Below, piece by piece: positions 50,105 through 64,000 of a DNA stretch of 64,000 nucleotides (positions are counted from its first letter, which is position 1; every line of letters begins with the position of its first letter). A program made the position numbers and the translations under genes. The notes under the pieces were generated by a model. That model was not told where the DNA came from. It saw nothing but the letters and a program-made list of their open reading frames with translations, and ran no database searches. Source of the stretch: Octopus vulgaris (Eukaryota); contig OX597827.1 in the NCBI GenBank assembly GCA_951406725.2, positions 54,808,001-54,872,000 of the forward strand, in the 5' to 3' direction.

Positions 50105-52069
50105 AATATGCGTGTGTATATGTGTGTGTTATCTTTCATCTTTTGTTATCATTAGACTGTGGCCATGCTAGAGCACTGCCTTGAAGAATTGTTGAATTAA
50201 TCAACTTCAGAACTTTTTGTTTTTTTAAGTCTGGTATTTATCCTATCAATGCCTTTTGCTGAACTGGGTACATAAACACACAAATACTGGTTGTCAAATG
50301 GTGGTAGGAGATACACACACACATATGCACACATTCACTTACATGTACATGATGGGATTCTTTCAGTTTCCGTCTACTGAATCTATTCAAAAGATCTGAG
50401 GGTATAGCACAAAACACTTGCTGAAACAACCATGCCTGCACCTATGCAAACTATATATAATGAAAAGCTACTTTATATTTTGTTTTATTGATTTTTATCC
50501 TGATGAAAGATATATTGTAAGACCATGTGTTGTGAGAGAAAGAAACTGTTGGTTAAAAAGCTTTTAATATACTTTTGAAAGAACATTATTCTCCATGTGT
50601 GGCATTTCTTAATCCAATATCTTATCCTGAACAACATCCTCTTTCTTGAAATCTTGGTCATGTATTCATTGAAAATTGACTTTTTACATCTATCCTTATT
50701 GTATACTTGCTTTTTCCTAAAAATGTTTTCTGTTAATGTTACAGAAAAGAGAAAGAGAAAAAAACAGAAAAGTTACTAAATTCTACTAGAATATCTTTAA
50801 ATTGTAAGGATTTGTTGTTTCATTTTCAGTGCAAAGCAGATCATTATCATTATGCATATATTTCGTCTAATGGCATCATCAAGATAATAAGGAGGTTCTG
50901 TCTAGTCATGTATCTAATATTCCTATTAACTATATGAAGCTCATTGTCGCTCTGTCATTTTATAATTACATTTTTTTTTTTATATTATTCAGTCTAACTT
51001 AATGAGCTTTTACTGAAATCAACTGATTTTCTTTTATTCATCTTCATGGTAATCTAAGGAAATTAATTGAAATTGAATGATAAATATGTTTAGTTGGTTT
51101 TAGAATTCTTAATTTATTGGCTTATTGATACTGGAAGAAAAGTAAATTATTTTCTGTCTTTTGACTTGATTTGACAAAGAGTAGAAGTTGTTTTTCGTAA
51201 CTACTTTTAGAAAGTAGTCTACATATAGACAAAAGTAGAATTTTATTTTTAGATCTTGTTTTTCAGTAATCAATAGTGAATTGTAGCCAACAAGCAATTG
51301 TATACATTTTATATAGCTCTGTTCAGCTTCACAGATTACCAACTACCCAGGTAAAAATATCTCTCATATACAGTATTTCCTAAATTGTTCTCTCTCTCTC
51401 TCTCTCTCTGTAATTGTCTGCTTCATTCTAATGCTGACAGACCGATTCTTCTCCCTGTTAGGAAGTTGTTTATATTTATTTTATCATGGTTATATCACTG
51501 TTTTAGCTAAAATTTTGGCAGCCACTTTAGAAACTACTTTAGCTCCTAACAAATTTCAACTTTGTACAAATCCCAAATCTGGCATTGTGTTGTAATTCCT
51601 GCAGAACAAACTCTTTGCCATTTCTCTTGTTGATGACTTCCATCACAGTGTTTCCATTAGTTGTTTCACTGTACAGCACCTTGGACAAGTATCTTCTACT
51701 GTAGTTCCATTTGTGTTGCGCCCCTACCACCACTGCCTGATAGTGTTGGTTTGTTTATGTCCCAGGAATATAGTGGTTCAGTAAAAGAGACCAATGAAAC
51801 AAGTACCAAACCTTAAAAAAAAACAAAAGTAAGTGCAGAGAGGAATTTAATTAAAACCTTCAAGGTGGTGCTCCAGCTTGGCCACTGTCCAATGACTGAA
51901 ACAAGTAAAAGATTACTGACATCATCAATAATGTAAATTTCTTCCCACAGTCTTTTCAGCATTATCTATAAGTTAACAACAGCAACCAGTATTGCCAAGT
52001 TTATTAATACCTAATATAAATATATAATCACATGAATTCACTATATTTTAAATAAATTGCTTTAAGAAC

Positions 52070-53162
<1,093 letters not shown>

Positions 53163-53713
53163 GTTTATTTTATCATCATTATATATTCTTTTCATTATTA
53201 TATTATAGTTTTCTTCATTCCTTCATATTCTTAATTCGTAGGCATAAGTCACGATTTATTTTAGTTTTAAAATTTTAATTAATTAAATTATGGCTTGCAC
53301 GGCAAGGTTCGGCGAATTTATTTGCACACCCCTCATGTTTGTTAGTTACATTCGTAACTGATAAAATATTAAAATATATAGAAAATAGTTAGAGAGTTAT
53401 AAATAAGTTAAGTAGAGTCCTGATGATTGGGGGTGGCAGTTAAGATAAGTTTCTGAAAAAGACTGAAGGACTCAGGAACGTTAAACACACCTCATGAGAC
53501 ACATGTAGAAGTGAAATTTGGAACTGAAATAGTAAGAATTAAATTAAATTCTATGATATGGTGTGATGTACATTAGGATTTGATGAATTGCATGGGGACT
53601 TCTATCTCTAAATGACATATATTTTCTTATCGAGAATAACTTAATTTATTTGAATCCCTTTGACGCCGGAATTTTTATTCCCTAATTAATATATAAATAA
53701 AATAATATATATA

Positions 53714-54023
53714 TACTCTTTCACTTGTTTCAGTCATTTGACTGCGGCCATGCTGGCGCATCGCGTTTAGTCAAGCAAATCAACCCCAGGACTTATTCTT
53801 TGTAAGCCTAGTACTTATTCTGTCAGTCTCTTTTGCCGAACCACTAAGTTACATATATATGACAGGCCTCTTTTCTGCTTCTGTCCACCAAATCCACTCA
53901 CAAAGCCACGGTTGGCCCGAGGCTATAGTAGAAGACACTTGCCCAAGGTGCCACACAGTGGGACTGAACCCAGAACCATGTGGTTGGTAAGCAAGCCACT
54001 TACCACACAGCCTTTCCTGCGCC
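53714..54023 (-). mobile_element. Family-A SINE with internal deletion
   Basis: Reverse-complement body lacking the central segment. Confidence 0.85.
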
Positions 54024-55039
54024 TATATATATATAAAGTAAGCAGGTAATGTAGAAATCTTGATCAACAACAATTAACTAACATCGATTATTATTTTTTA
54101 ATACAAAACTTTATCCTATGATGAATGTTCCTTTCTGGGCAGTATATGAGTGTTCAGCTTTGGTGAATGACCTGTATATTAGCTCATTCCCTGCATCAAA
54201 TCAACATTGCCTGAACAGGTGCACAGTGTGCCACATGTCAGATGTTGAAGCGATCACAGAACAACATGAGAGGAAATGTTTTTACTCAAGAACATAATAC
54301 ACCACCCAGTCCAGAAATTGAGAACATGATCTTGCAGTCATGAGTGCTACGCCCTAACCACTAAGCCATGCGCCCTCTATATATACATATATGTGTGTGT
54401 GTGTTCCATGCATCAATTTCCCTTAAAGGTCTATTATAAAAGATACTTGCCCAAAAGGTGCCACACAGTGAGGCTCAACCTGAAACCATGTGGTCGGGAA
54501 GCAAACTTCTAAGCCACACATCCACACATGTGCCCTAATACAAAACTGTAGCCAGCAACTTGGAGCATTCATAAATTCCATCATTTTCCTATTCATATAA
54601 GTGCTATTAAATTTCTTTGAGTAAAAATAAGGTAAGTTAGCTATCTCAACCTTTTGATACCCACCTACCTGTGACCATCTTTGATTCTATGAAACAAACT
54701 CTGTTTTAACCAGTTAGCATTTAAACCCACATTAGTCATCCAAAATGATTTACCTATTTCATCTTCCAACTGGCTACATCCATCCTCTCACATTTACCTT
54801 ACAATATTATTCTAAAAATAATTGAAATGTCAAAGCTACATGCTAATGCATGATTAATTCAAAACAATGTGAATAAATAAGGAGTGGCTGTATGGTAAGA
54901 AGCCTGCTTCCCAACTACATGGTTCTGGGTTCAGTCCTACTTCATGTCACCTTGGGTAAGTGTCTTTTACTATTGCCTCAGGTGCTGACCAAAGACTTGA
55001 GAGTGGATTTGGTAGACAGAAACTGAAAGAAGCCTGTCG

Positions 55040-55091
<52 letters not shown>

Positions 55092-55104
55092 TACATATAC
55101 ATAT

Positions 55105-55311
55105 CTCTTTTACTTGTTTCAGTCATTTGACTGTGGCCATGCTGGAGCACCGCCTTTAGTCGAGCAAATCGACCCCGGAACTTATTCTTTGTAAGCCCAG
55201 TACTTATTCTATCGGTCTCTTTTGCCGAACTGCTAAGTTACGGGGATGTAAGCACACCAGCATCGGTTGTCAAGCGATGTTGGGGGGACAAAAACAGACA
55301 CACAAACACGT

Positions 55312-55380
<69 letters not shown>

Positions 55381-55548
55381 CATATATACGACAGGCTTCT
55401 TTCAGTTTCTGTCTACCAAATCCACTCACAAGGCATTGGTCGGCCCGGGGCTATAGCAGAAGACACTTGCCCAAGATGCCATGCAGTGTGACTGAACCCG
55501 GAAACCATGTGGTTGGTTAACAAACTACTTACCACACAGCCACTCCTG
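55105..55548 (-). mobile_element. Family-A SINE following the microsatellite of an opposite-strand family-A head (54880-55040)
   Basis: Reverse-complement full body after (TA)n(CA)n. Confidence 0.88.
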
Positions 55549-55555
55549 TGTGTGT

Positions 55556-55605
<50 letters not shown>

Positions 55606-56514
55606 TGCACTGCTAGTCTTGAACATATGTTATATCATTTCAATACATTTGACACATCAGCTATGAACTACTGTTATCTAATATAAGTTGATGTGAAAGA
55701 TGTTATGAAGACACCTGATCTTCATTTATTTTGATTTATTTATTAGCCACTGACTGACACCCGTAGAACACCAAGCTAAAATAGTTTACAGTTTTTAGTT
55801 TATTTTTAGTTTATTTTATATCACATATTGTGAGCAATTGTGTTGCTGGTTATAGGTTTCCAACACGCCAATCACTGGTTTACTGCATCTGACGGTGAGA
55901 GTCACAAGTCTGTGTCTGTGCTACTCAGGCAAAATAAATATCACAAGGTTGTTTTTTTGAAAGCACCAGTTTATTGGTTGTCTCACCGGTATTGACAATA
56001 ATAGACATGTGTGAGTGTGTGTGTAGAAAGAGAGAGAGAGAATAGCTTTTCTTTCTCACATATAATGAAATCACACACAATTGTGTTTGGTTTTAATTAT
56101 CAACATCATCGTTTTAACATTTATTTATTTTTTATGCTTGCCTGAGTCAGACTTTATTGAGGCAGATTTTCTGCAGTTAGATGCCTTTTCTGACAACAAC
56201 CTTCACCTGTTTTCAAGCAAGGTAATATTTCCCCATGCTCAAAACATGTTCTCACAGAAAATTACACTGAATGAATCTGCTTGCATGAGGGTGGCACTGA
56301 TTTACAACTATTATGCAATGACAAAGCAAGGAGACTCTTACACCCGTACACATGTACTTATACAGTACACATGAGCTAAAATACATATGTAAACCCTTCA
56401 TCACTATTTTCCCCCAAATAGGTTCTTAACCTTTCTTTTTATTTATTCAAAGGTTTTAACAACACTGACCTAAGTTTTAAGGATGGCAGTTCCATTTCAT
56501 TTTGCAATCTTTAT

Positions 56515-56732
56515 TCTTTTACTCTTTCATTTGTTTCAGTCATTTGACTGTGGCCATGCTGGAGCACCACCTTTAGTCGAGCAAATCAACCCCAGGACTT
56601 ATTCTTTGTAAACCTAGTCCTTATTCTATCGGTCTGTCTTGCCGAACCGCTAAGTGACGGGAACGTAAACACACCAGCATTGGTTGTCAAGCGATGTTGA
56701 GGGGACAAATACAGACAGACAAACGTATATAC

Positions 56733-56781
<49 letters not shown>

Positions 56782-56923
56782 CAACAGGCTTCTTTCAATT
56801 TCCGTCTTTGGTCGACCCGAGGCTATAGTAGAAGACACTTGCCCAAGGTGCCATGCAGTGGGACTGAACCCGGAGCCATGTGGTTGGTAAGCAAGCTACT
56901 TACCACACACCCACTCCTGTGCC
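56515..56923 (-). mobile_element. Family-A SINE
   Basis: Reverse-complement body. Confidence 0.88.
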
Positions 56924-57166
56924 TAGATATACACTTTTTTTTTTAAAGGTTTCAATTTCACATAATAATGCTTAGAAATTTTGACATAATTTTTATAATT
57001 TTAAAAAATGAAGAAATTTATCTATCAGCTTTAAAACAATGCAATTCCCAAGAAAATGTTTAGCAGCCTCCTACACTAGAGAAACTAATGTAGTAGACCA
57101 TTAGTCAGCATTGAGTTCTTAATTCAGTTTCTGACTTACTTTGTTCTCTGAGTAAACAAAAGTAAT

Positions 57167-57209
<43 letters not shown>

Positions 57210-57316
57210 CACACACACATACATACACACATATATACATACATACATACAAACATACAACACACATACACATATACATATATTATTCCAGGCAGTGGCA
57301 ACTTCAAACAGAAGCT

Positions 57317-57386
<70 letters not shown>

Positions 57387-57795
57387 AACAAGTTTAAAAT
57401 AATGATCATTTGACGAATGTAGCATTAATTTTCTTAGGTCATTCAATTTGCCTTCAGTAATATACCTCTAATGACTACTGGAAACAACTGTAAGCCAAGT
57501 TTTCTCAAATAAAAGAATTATAAGTAATGACCATTATTTTAAACTTGTTTCTCATATATCACTGTGTAAAAACCAGTTTATCTGGAGCCCATCCATGGAT
57601 TTACAATATACAATTGTGATGAACCATAACTTGGGACCCTACCAAAAGATTACTTGGAGTTCTTCACTAATGTAAGTAATATTGTTAGCCTGGTGTGCCA
57701 ACAGAGAGCTTACAAAGTATTTTGCCCTGATTGATAATCCCTCACTATTTGTTCTCTTTCTCTCTCTCCCACTCTCTCTCTCTCTCACTCTCTCA

Positions 57796-57837
<42 letters not shown>

Positions 57838-57990
57838 CATCATCATCGTTTAACGTCCGTTTTCCATGCTAGCATGGGTTGGACGGTTCAACTGGGGTCT
57901 GGGAAGCCAGAAGGCTGCACCAGGCCCAGTCTGATTTGGCAGTGTTTCTACAGCTGGATGCCCTTCCTAACGCCAACCACTCCGAGAGTG
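57838..57990 (-). mobile_element. Family-C RTE-type tail
   Basis: (CAT)n-CGTTTAACGTCCG..CTGGATGCCCTTCCTAACGCCAACC. Confidence 0.85.
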
Positions 57991-58005
57991 TATATATATA
58001 TATAA

Positions 58006-58205
58006 AGTTAATCCAAACATGAAAACACAAAGAGAAAACACAACAACGCGAGGACGTGGAACAAATATAGTATTATTGGACACTCAGGAAGGAAGGGAAG
58101 AAGGAGGGTTTTACGTTTCGAGCGGAGCTCTTCATCAGAAACATAGGAAAAGGAAAGATCCAGAGAAGGGAAGACGGAGGGAAAAAAATCACCAACGGTA
58201 CACAT
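58006..58205 (-). mobile_element. Short Penelope-type terminal fragment carrying a hammerhead
   Basis: Colinear with 7030-7230 (TTAATCCAAAC, TGGAACAA, AGTATTATT, CTCAGGAA, hammerhead, GGAAAGATCC); abuts (TA)n. Confidence 0.8.
58108..58142 (-). ncRNA. Minimal type I hammerhead ribozyme, canonical core
   Basis: Minus strand GUUU-CUGAUGA-A-GAGC-UCC-GCUC-GAAA-CGUA-AAAC: stem I GUUU/AAAC, stem II GAGC/GCUC, palindromic ACGU, GUA triplet. Confidence 0.85.
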
Positions 58206-58228
58206 GAGTAGATATGCACATGTGCGCG

Positions 58229-58268
<40 letters not shown>

Positions 58269-58508
58269 TAACAGATTTCTACACAGCTTCCATTCTCCAA
58301 TTTCACTGACAGTGCATTGGGGTCAGCCTGAAGCTCTAATAGAGGACATTTGCACAAGGTTTTACACTCTTGATTTAATCAGAACCATATTGTTGGGAAG
58401 TGAACTTTGTAGCCACAAACCTATGCCTTCACCAAATTTAGAGTATTTAGTTTGGTATCTCACTGTTATTTTCAATTCAAGATTGACATCCCCATCACTT
58501 ATGTTTAA

Positions 58509-58733
58509 CCCTTTCGATACCAACCCGGCTGAAACCGGCTCTGGCTCTGTAGTACAAATGCCTTGCTTTTATAAGTTCTGAATTAAAATCTTCCACCAAA
58601 CCTTTAATCACAATTTATGTTCCTAACACTAGCTGAATGAGAACTAATTTATTTTACAAAATTCTTTTTGTTATAGTTAAAATTAATTGAAAGAAACACA
58701 GAACATCTCAAAATAAATACAGTAACGAAAGGG
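58509..58733. mobile_element. piggyBac-type MITE family 1
   Basis: TTAA|CCCTTTCGATAC...GTAACGAAAGGG|TTAA. Confidence 0.9.
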
Positions 58734-59149
58734 TTAATGTTAACTTTGTGCAGAGTTAAAACTATATTTAGTATTTGAACAAGCCCTATCCATCCTAAAC
58801 ATTCTATCATATCCAGCCACAATATTATTCTTGTTTTATATTCACACTGGCCAGATCTAACCTCTCACACCTACCCTATAATGTCATTCTAAAAATAACA
58901 ATCACATCATCAAAATCTCAAAAGCTACAAGATAATGCATGATTAATTCAAAGCAATGTAAATAAATAAACATTACATTTGACAGAATAGTTTGGATGCT
59001 AAAGGGTTAAATGGTGGTAGATTTAAGCTCAGTGGTAACTAGACAGATATTTTGAGAAATCTGGTTTGGTGCAAGATTGACATGATTGCATTTGCATTCA
59101 CATTTGTTATCATTTATGTTGTATCAACAAAATTAATCCAATAATTTAT

Positions 59150-59526
59150 CAGGTCCATCCGAGTGTGATCGTCGCCAGAGCGGCTAACTGGCGGTGATGC
59201 CTGTGGCACGTAAAAAGCACCATTTGAGCGTGATCATTACCAGCGTTGCCTTACTGGCACTTGTGCCGGTGTGCAGGTGACACATAAAAAACCCGATTTT
59301 TTCATGGCCGTTGCCAGTACTGCCTGACTGGCTCTCGAGCCAGTGGCGTGTAAAAGCACCCACTACACTCTCGGAGTGGTTGGCATTAGGAAGGACATCC
59401 AGCTGTAGAAACTCTGCCAGATCAAGATTGGAACCTGGTGCAACCATCTGGTTCGCCAGCCCTCAGTCAAATCATCCAACCCATGCTAGCATGGAAAGCG
59501 GACATTAAACGATGATGATGATGATG
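59150..59526 (+). mobile_element. Family-C RTE-type tail, long form
   Basis: Internal GTGGCACGTAAAAAGCACC repeats and (GAT)n tail. Confidence 0.85.
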
Positions 59527-62500
59527 TTTGATTAATTCAAATGTATTGCTGCTTAAAAGAGAAAGATGTATGCCTTGGAAAAAATAAATCGTAATTCCTT
59601 ATAAGGTTACTGTTAATATTTAATTTAAAACTTACTTATTTCAAAAGTAGTGCTTATCAGTGCTGAAATGTTGAGTAAAAGAAATTATCTCTCAAGTGTT
59701 CTGGTGTCTTACAACATTACTTTACTTGCATCTCAACAACAATACTTCAAACAGACTACAGCAAAATCATTGTTTATCTATTTAGATCAATGATTTTCAA
59801 TATCCTATTAAATGAATGCACCCTCAAGTAACAATGGATATTATTTGCATCTTAACCAGAGCTGTGATAGCCTCTTGTTGATTTTCTTTTGAACCTTTTT
59901 TCAGTTCATCAACATTACAGCAGATTTATTATAGGTTTATGTTGTGTAAGTCTATCAACTGTGCTGCATCTAAAGATCCTCTTGAACTCTGGTTAAGGAT
60001 GGAAATAGAAACATCTATCAAGTTCCCAATGGGGCTTTTAGATCCAGTTTCATTATGTTAAGCAAATGAGAGGTAAATAATCACCTCCTTAGATAAGATG
60101 TTAGTAATAGGTAATTTTCTCAGATAATCTTGTAATTCATAACAGCTAAGTGAACTGAGATACATAGAATTAAGTGTACTACCTAAATACATAAAGTTTA
60201 TTATTAAATTTAAACTCAATTCCTGTGGACTGATGGCTCAGTGTCATAGTGATTCTACTCGTTTGCATCTTTTCTCTTGTTTATAAACCTTATGGTATCA
60301 ACAATCATCTTGGTAACCTTTGTATGTTATTCAGAGAGATGCTTTAACACTTTAGCATTTAAACTAACCATATCCAGCCACAATATTATTCTTGTTTTAT
60401 GTTCAAACTGGCCAGATCCAACCTCTCCCACCTACCCTACAATGTTTGTTTTAAAAATAGATAGTCACATAATCAAAAGCTCAAGGCTACAAAGTAATAC
60501 AGGATAAATTCGAAACAATAGGGGATTAATGTTACATTTCATTAGAATAATCTGAATGCTAAAAGGTTAAAGCAATTCAATGATCCATTTTAAAAACTAT
60601 AGCCATCTCCTGCATTGCAGAAGCATTGTGCACTTAAAATCTTGTCATAATGTGAAGTATGTAACATGAAACCAATTTTCCCATTGATACCCAGAAGCTA
60701 GTAAACATAGAATTGAGAAACTCCACATTATGGCAAGATTATCAGACACACAATAGTTTGGTTAACATGGGTGATGCCTGATATTAGAAATGTAAGAGAT
60801 CTCATACTTACTATTATTTTTCCCTGTTGTGTCACATAAACTTTTAGACTATTTCAGTATTTATGAAGCTGGTGGAAATGGCACAAAGTTTGTTTCAGTA
60901 AGTTACAAATAAAAATCTTAAAGTGTTAAACACTTATAGTATGCAAATTAATGACTCCATTTCTCTGAGCTACTAATTTCTTCATATAAATGTTTGGTGT
61001 TTTCATATATTTTACCATAAGAGAGAATTTTTTCTCCACACTAACTGCAGTGAATTTGCCTTTAGAAGTCAAAATATATTTGTGACTTATTTCACAAATA
61101 TGACACAAACATTTTAACTAACCTAACATACTTTAACTGACCTAAAGTTCATATATAAATGAACTGGCTGCTTGTTTTTTCTGGGATTGGTCGAGTAATG
61201 CTCACACTGCCTTCGAAAATCAATGAGGGCTGTTTATCATGTTTGCAGTTTTCAGAGGAATAGATAAATTTGTCATGTTTGTCATAGGTTTGCATACCAA
61301 AGTAAATGGAACATCAGTTACACTCTGTGATGTTACAAGGCATTTTAACTGCTTGCCTGGAATACATGAAGTTCATAATAGCAGGGGCAAGGGATTCAAT
61401 ATGTCTATATAAAAAAATATAAAAAACTAGTAAGTTATCACTGATCTTAAAATAGGTTTCCTTATTTAACCCTTAGTGTTCAGATTAATTTGTCAAATGT
61501 AATGCTTATTTGTTCACATTAATTTTGATTTATTCAGGTTCAAGTGGTGTGTTCACAATATTTGCTTGTAACTTTGTTAATTTTCTACATACAGATTTGA
61601 AATTTTGTTAATGGGTGCTTATATGCCAGTGGCTTATAGTTACATAATTTTAGCTAATCTTTCTGATTAAATTTTACTTTTATGGGTAGGTAAATTTAAT
61701 CAACAGGCATAAAAACAATAACATTATGAATAAACACTAAAATTCATGTGTATGTGTCAGAAAAGGTTTATGTTTACAAAGAGAAACGTTGCTCTTTGGG
61801 CAGTTTTCCCTAGTTGTCAGTCATTTGTTTTATGTCCATTTTTCCATGCAAGCATGGGCTAGATGAATACATATTGTAAAGGCATTGTTTTACTATTAGA
61901 TACCCTTTCTGTTGTGAATACCTGTTTTCCAAGTATGGGAGTTTTCATTCTATTCATCTTCAAAAGTTCAAAGCTACTAGACAATTTGTTCATCAGAAAA
62001 TATCAACAAATGACAGACGCTATCTGAGATTCAGTTCAGCTCAGGATATAAACATTTACACAGACACATGCATACATGCATATATATAAGCACATGTGTG
62101 CACACACGTGCATGCACGTGTGTGTGTGTGGGGGGTTCTGTCTATCAAATTTGCTCCAAAAGCATTGATAAACCTAAGGCTGACCTATACCAGAAGACAC
62201 TTGTCCCAGGTGCCACATATTGGGATCAAACCTTACTGAGAGAAATCAGTAATAATCTTTACAAGGCTTTGAATTTTCAAGACAAAAATCAAATACAGAG
62301 TTGGGAGGGCTGTGAAAGACAAAGCCCAGTTGATGAAATAGCAGTTAACCACAGTCAAGATGAAAATTATTGTATTACTGTTAAGAATGAAGGAAAAAGT
62401 CAGATATCTATCAAGGAAGGTGGATGACTTGTTGTGACATACAGAAAAGAAGAAAGAAGCAGCTAACTTATTTTGACAACAATGAGTATTAGAAGTTCCA

Positions 62501-63000
62501 TAATGATATGGACAGGTTTATCAAGATGATATTAGTAAGTCAGATTGTGTATAAGATTGAAAGCCTGAATAAACTTGTGTATTAATAAAAGATTTGGGGA
62601 TATTCTTGAGAAAAACAGTAATCTGTTCAGGTGGGGAATTGTTTTGCTAGGTATAACAAACACAGAAAGCTAATTTAGAAGTGTCTCAGGGGATGAAGAG
62701 GAGTTGTTTTTTGTAAGAAAGCATCTTTGAAGGAAGCTGAGAGAATTGTACAAAGCAGACAGGATTCAGAAACCAAAAGAGAAATGAATACAAAGAGATA
62801 AGTTTTATGTTAGATTCTCGAGATCACAGAAATGGAAAGAAAAATCAAGAAAAATTGAAGAGATATACATAAAGAGAGCCAAGGAAAGATGTGCCATAAG
62901 AGGACTGTCAAAGGATTCAGCCAGAATGCATTTGAAGTAAACCATTAAATGGAAAGGAGCCAACAACTGAAGGAGATGATGAAGATTAGGGTAACATTAG

Positions 63001-63399
63001 CACTCAGTCTCAACCACGTTGTTTTAAAATTTTTTCAAAACACTTAAAATGCTTTAGAAGCTCACTCGTTTGTTAGGAAGAGAAAATACTGAGAAGCTGG
63101 TAGCTGCAGAGGGCTGGCTGCTTTGTTCCAAAACTAGAGTCTAGGGAGATTAAGCAGCTTTCAGCTATATCATTGTATCTTGCAGATCCTTGATTATTGT
63201 CTAGATTAGTGCTCCACAATCTTTTTTTTTTTTTCACTTGTGGTACACTTATATTCGTTTCAAAATTCAGCAGCACACCTGAACTGAAAATATAACTAAA
63301 AGTATAGGGGGAAAAATTATATTGAGGTTACACAGCAGCACACCTAGCATTGTCTCATGGCACACCTTTGTACTGTGGCATACCAGTTGCAGAGCACTA
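63001..63399. mobile_element. Possible old hAT-type MITE
   Basis: Left end ..TCTCAACC; right end GTGGCATACCAGTTGCAGAGCACTA followed by GTCTAGA. Confidence 0.35.
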
Positions 63400-64000
63400 G
63401 TCTAGATACATAGCTGCCTATAAAAATACAGCATTTGTATAACAGTATAGAAGCACAGAAAGGGCAAAATTCCTGGATTCTCTATCTGCTTTTCAATAGA
63501 GTGAAGGCTGAAACATGGTATTTAGCACCATGATTCATTGTAAACAACTCTAATGGAATGCAACAATGATTCAATGTGGAAATCTGTTGTGTAACATTAC
63601 AACAGATATTAAAGAAAATCTAGGTTAGGAATCTGATGATTGAATCATAGGAAGAGAAAGAGACTAAAATCTGAAGAACAATACCAGTAATAGGCACCCT
63701 TATAGTAGGGGCTGGCAAAAGTTTTGGTATTTAGTAATCAAGAAGTGGCAGTTGATGAGGAAATTTCAGGTTGAAAAAGTACCATAAATCAGTGGAAGTT
63801 CACACCTGTATATATGTATGTGTACAGATGTTTGCATTTTATGTATATGTCTATTTCTGCCTCTGTTTATATTGAGCATGGACATTTTTTTGTTTCGTTT
63901 TGCTGTGTGTGTGTGTGTGCAAATATCTGATTATTAGTGTTTAAATATGTTGAAGCATGTAGCTCACCATACATTCTCTACTTTTGGAGTGTATACTTAT

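Noticed and set aside
50495-50560. CTGATGA...GAAAC hammerhead-like spacing
   Set aside because: No credible stem II; likewise for CTGATGA at ~2793 and ~63632
62260-62990. Purine-rich block resembling a decayed LINE or exon
   Set aside because: Frequent stops and no motif I can recognise

Overview
AT-rich, repeat-saturated eukaryotic DNA. The repeat families suggest an octopod cephalopod (inference from recognition, not a database search). No host protein-coding gene could be established; nearly all ORF-track entries are translations of (CA)n/(TA)n microsatellites or SINE bodies. The window holds dozens of tRNA-derived SINEs (at least three families), RTE-LINE 3' tails and ORF remnants, an L1/Tx1-type RT remnant, an R4-like restriction-endonuclease remnant, non-autonomous Helitrons, piggyBac-type and hAT-type MITEs, and several fold-back palindromes. 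The most notable item is a young, 5'-truncated Penelope-like retroelement (7030-10394, minus strand). It has an intact Cys-knuckle plus GIY-YIG endonuclease frame, a ~3 kb (CA)-rich 3' region with GC-rich structured islands, and a terminal minimal hammerhead ribozyme. A related short copy at 58 kb has a canonical hammerhead core, and an inverted pair of degenerate branched hammerhead-like arms lies at 10.5-10.9 kb. These elements sit in (TA)n tracts, mostly the internal microsatellite of one SINE family. Boundaries of old repeats are approximate.
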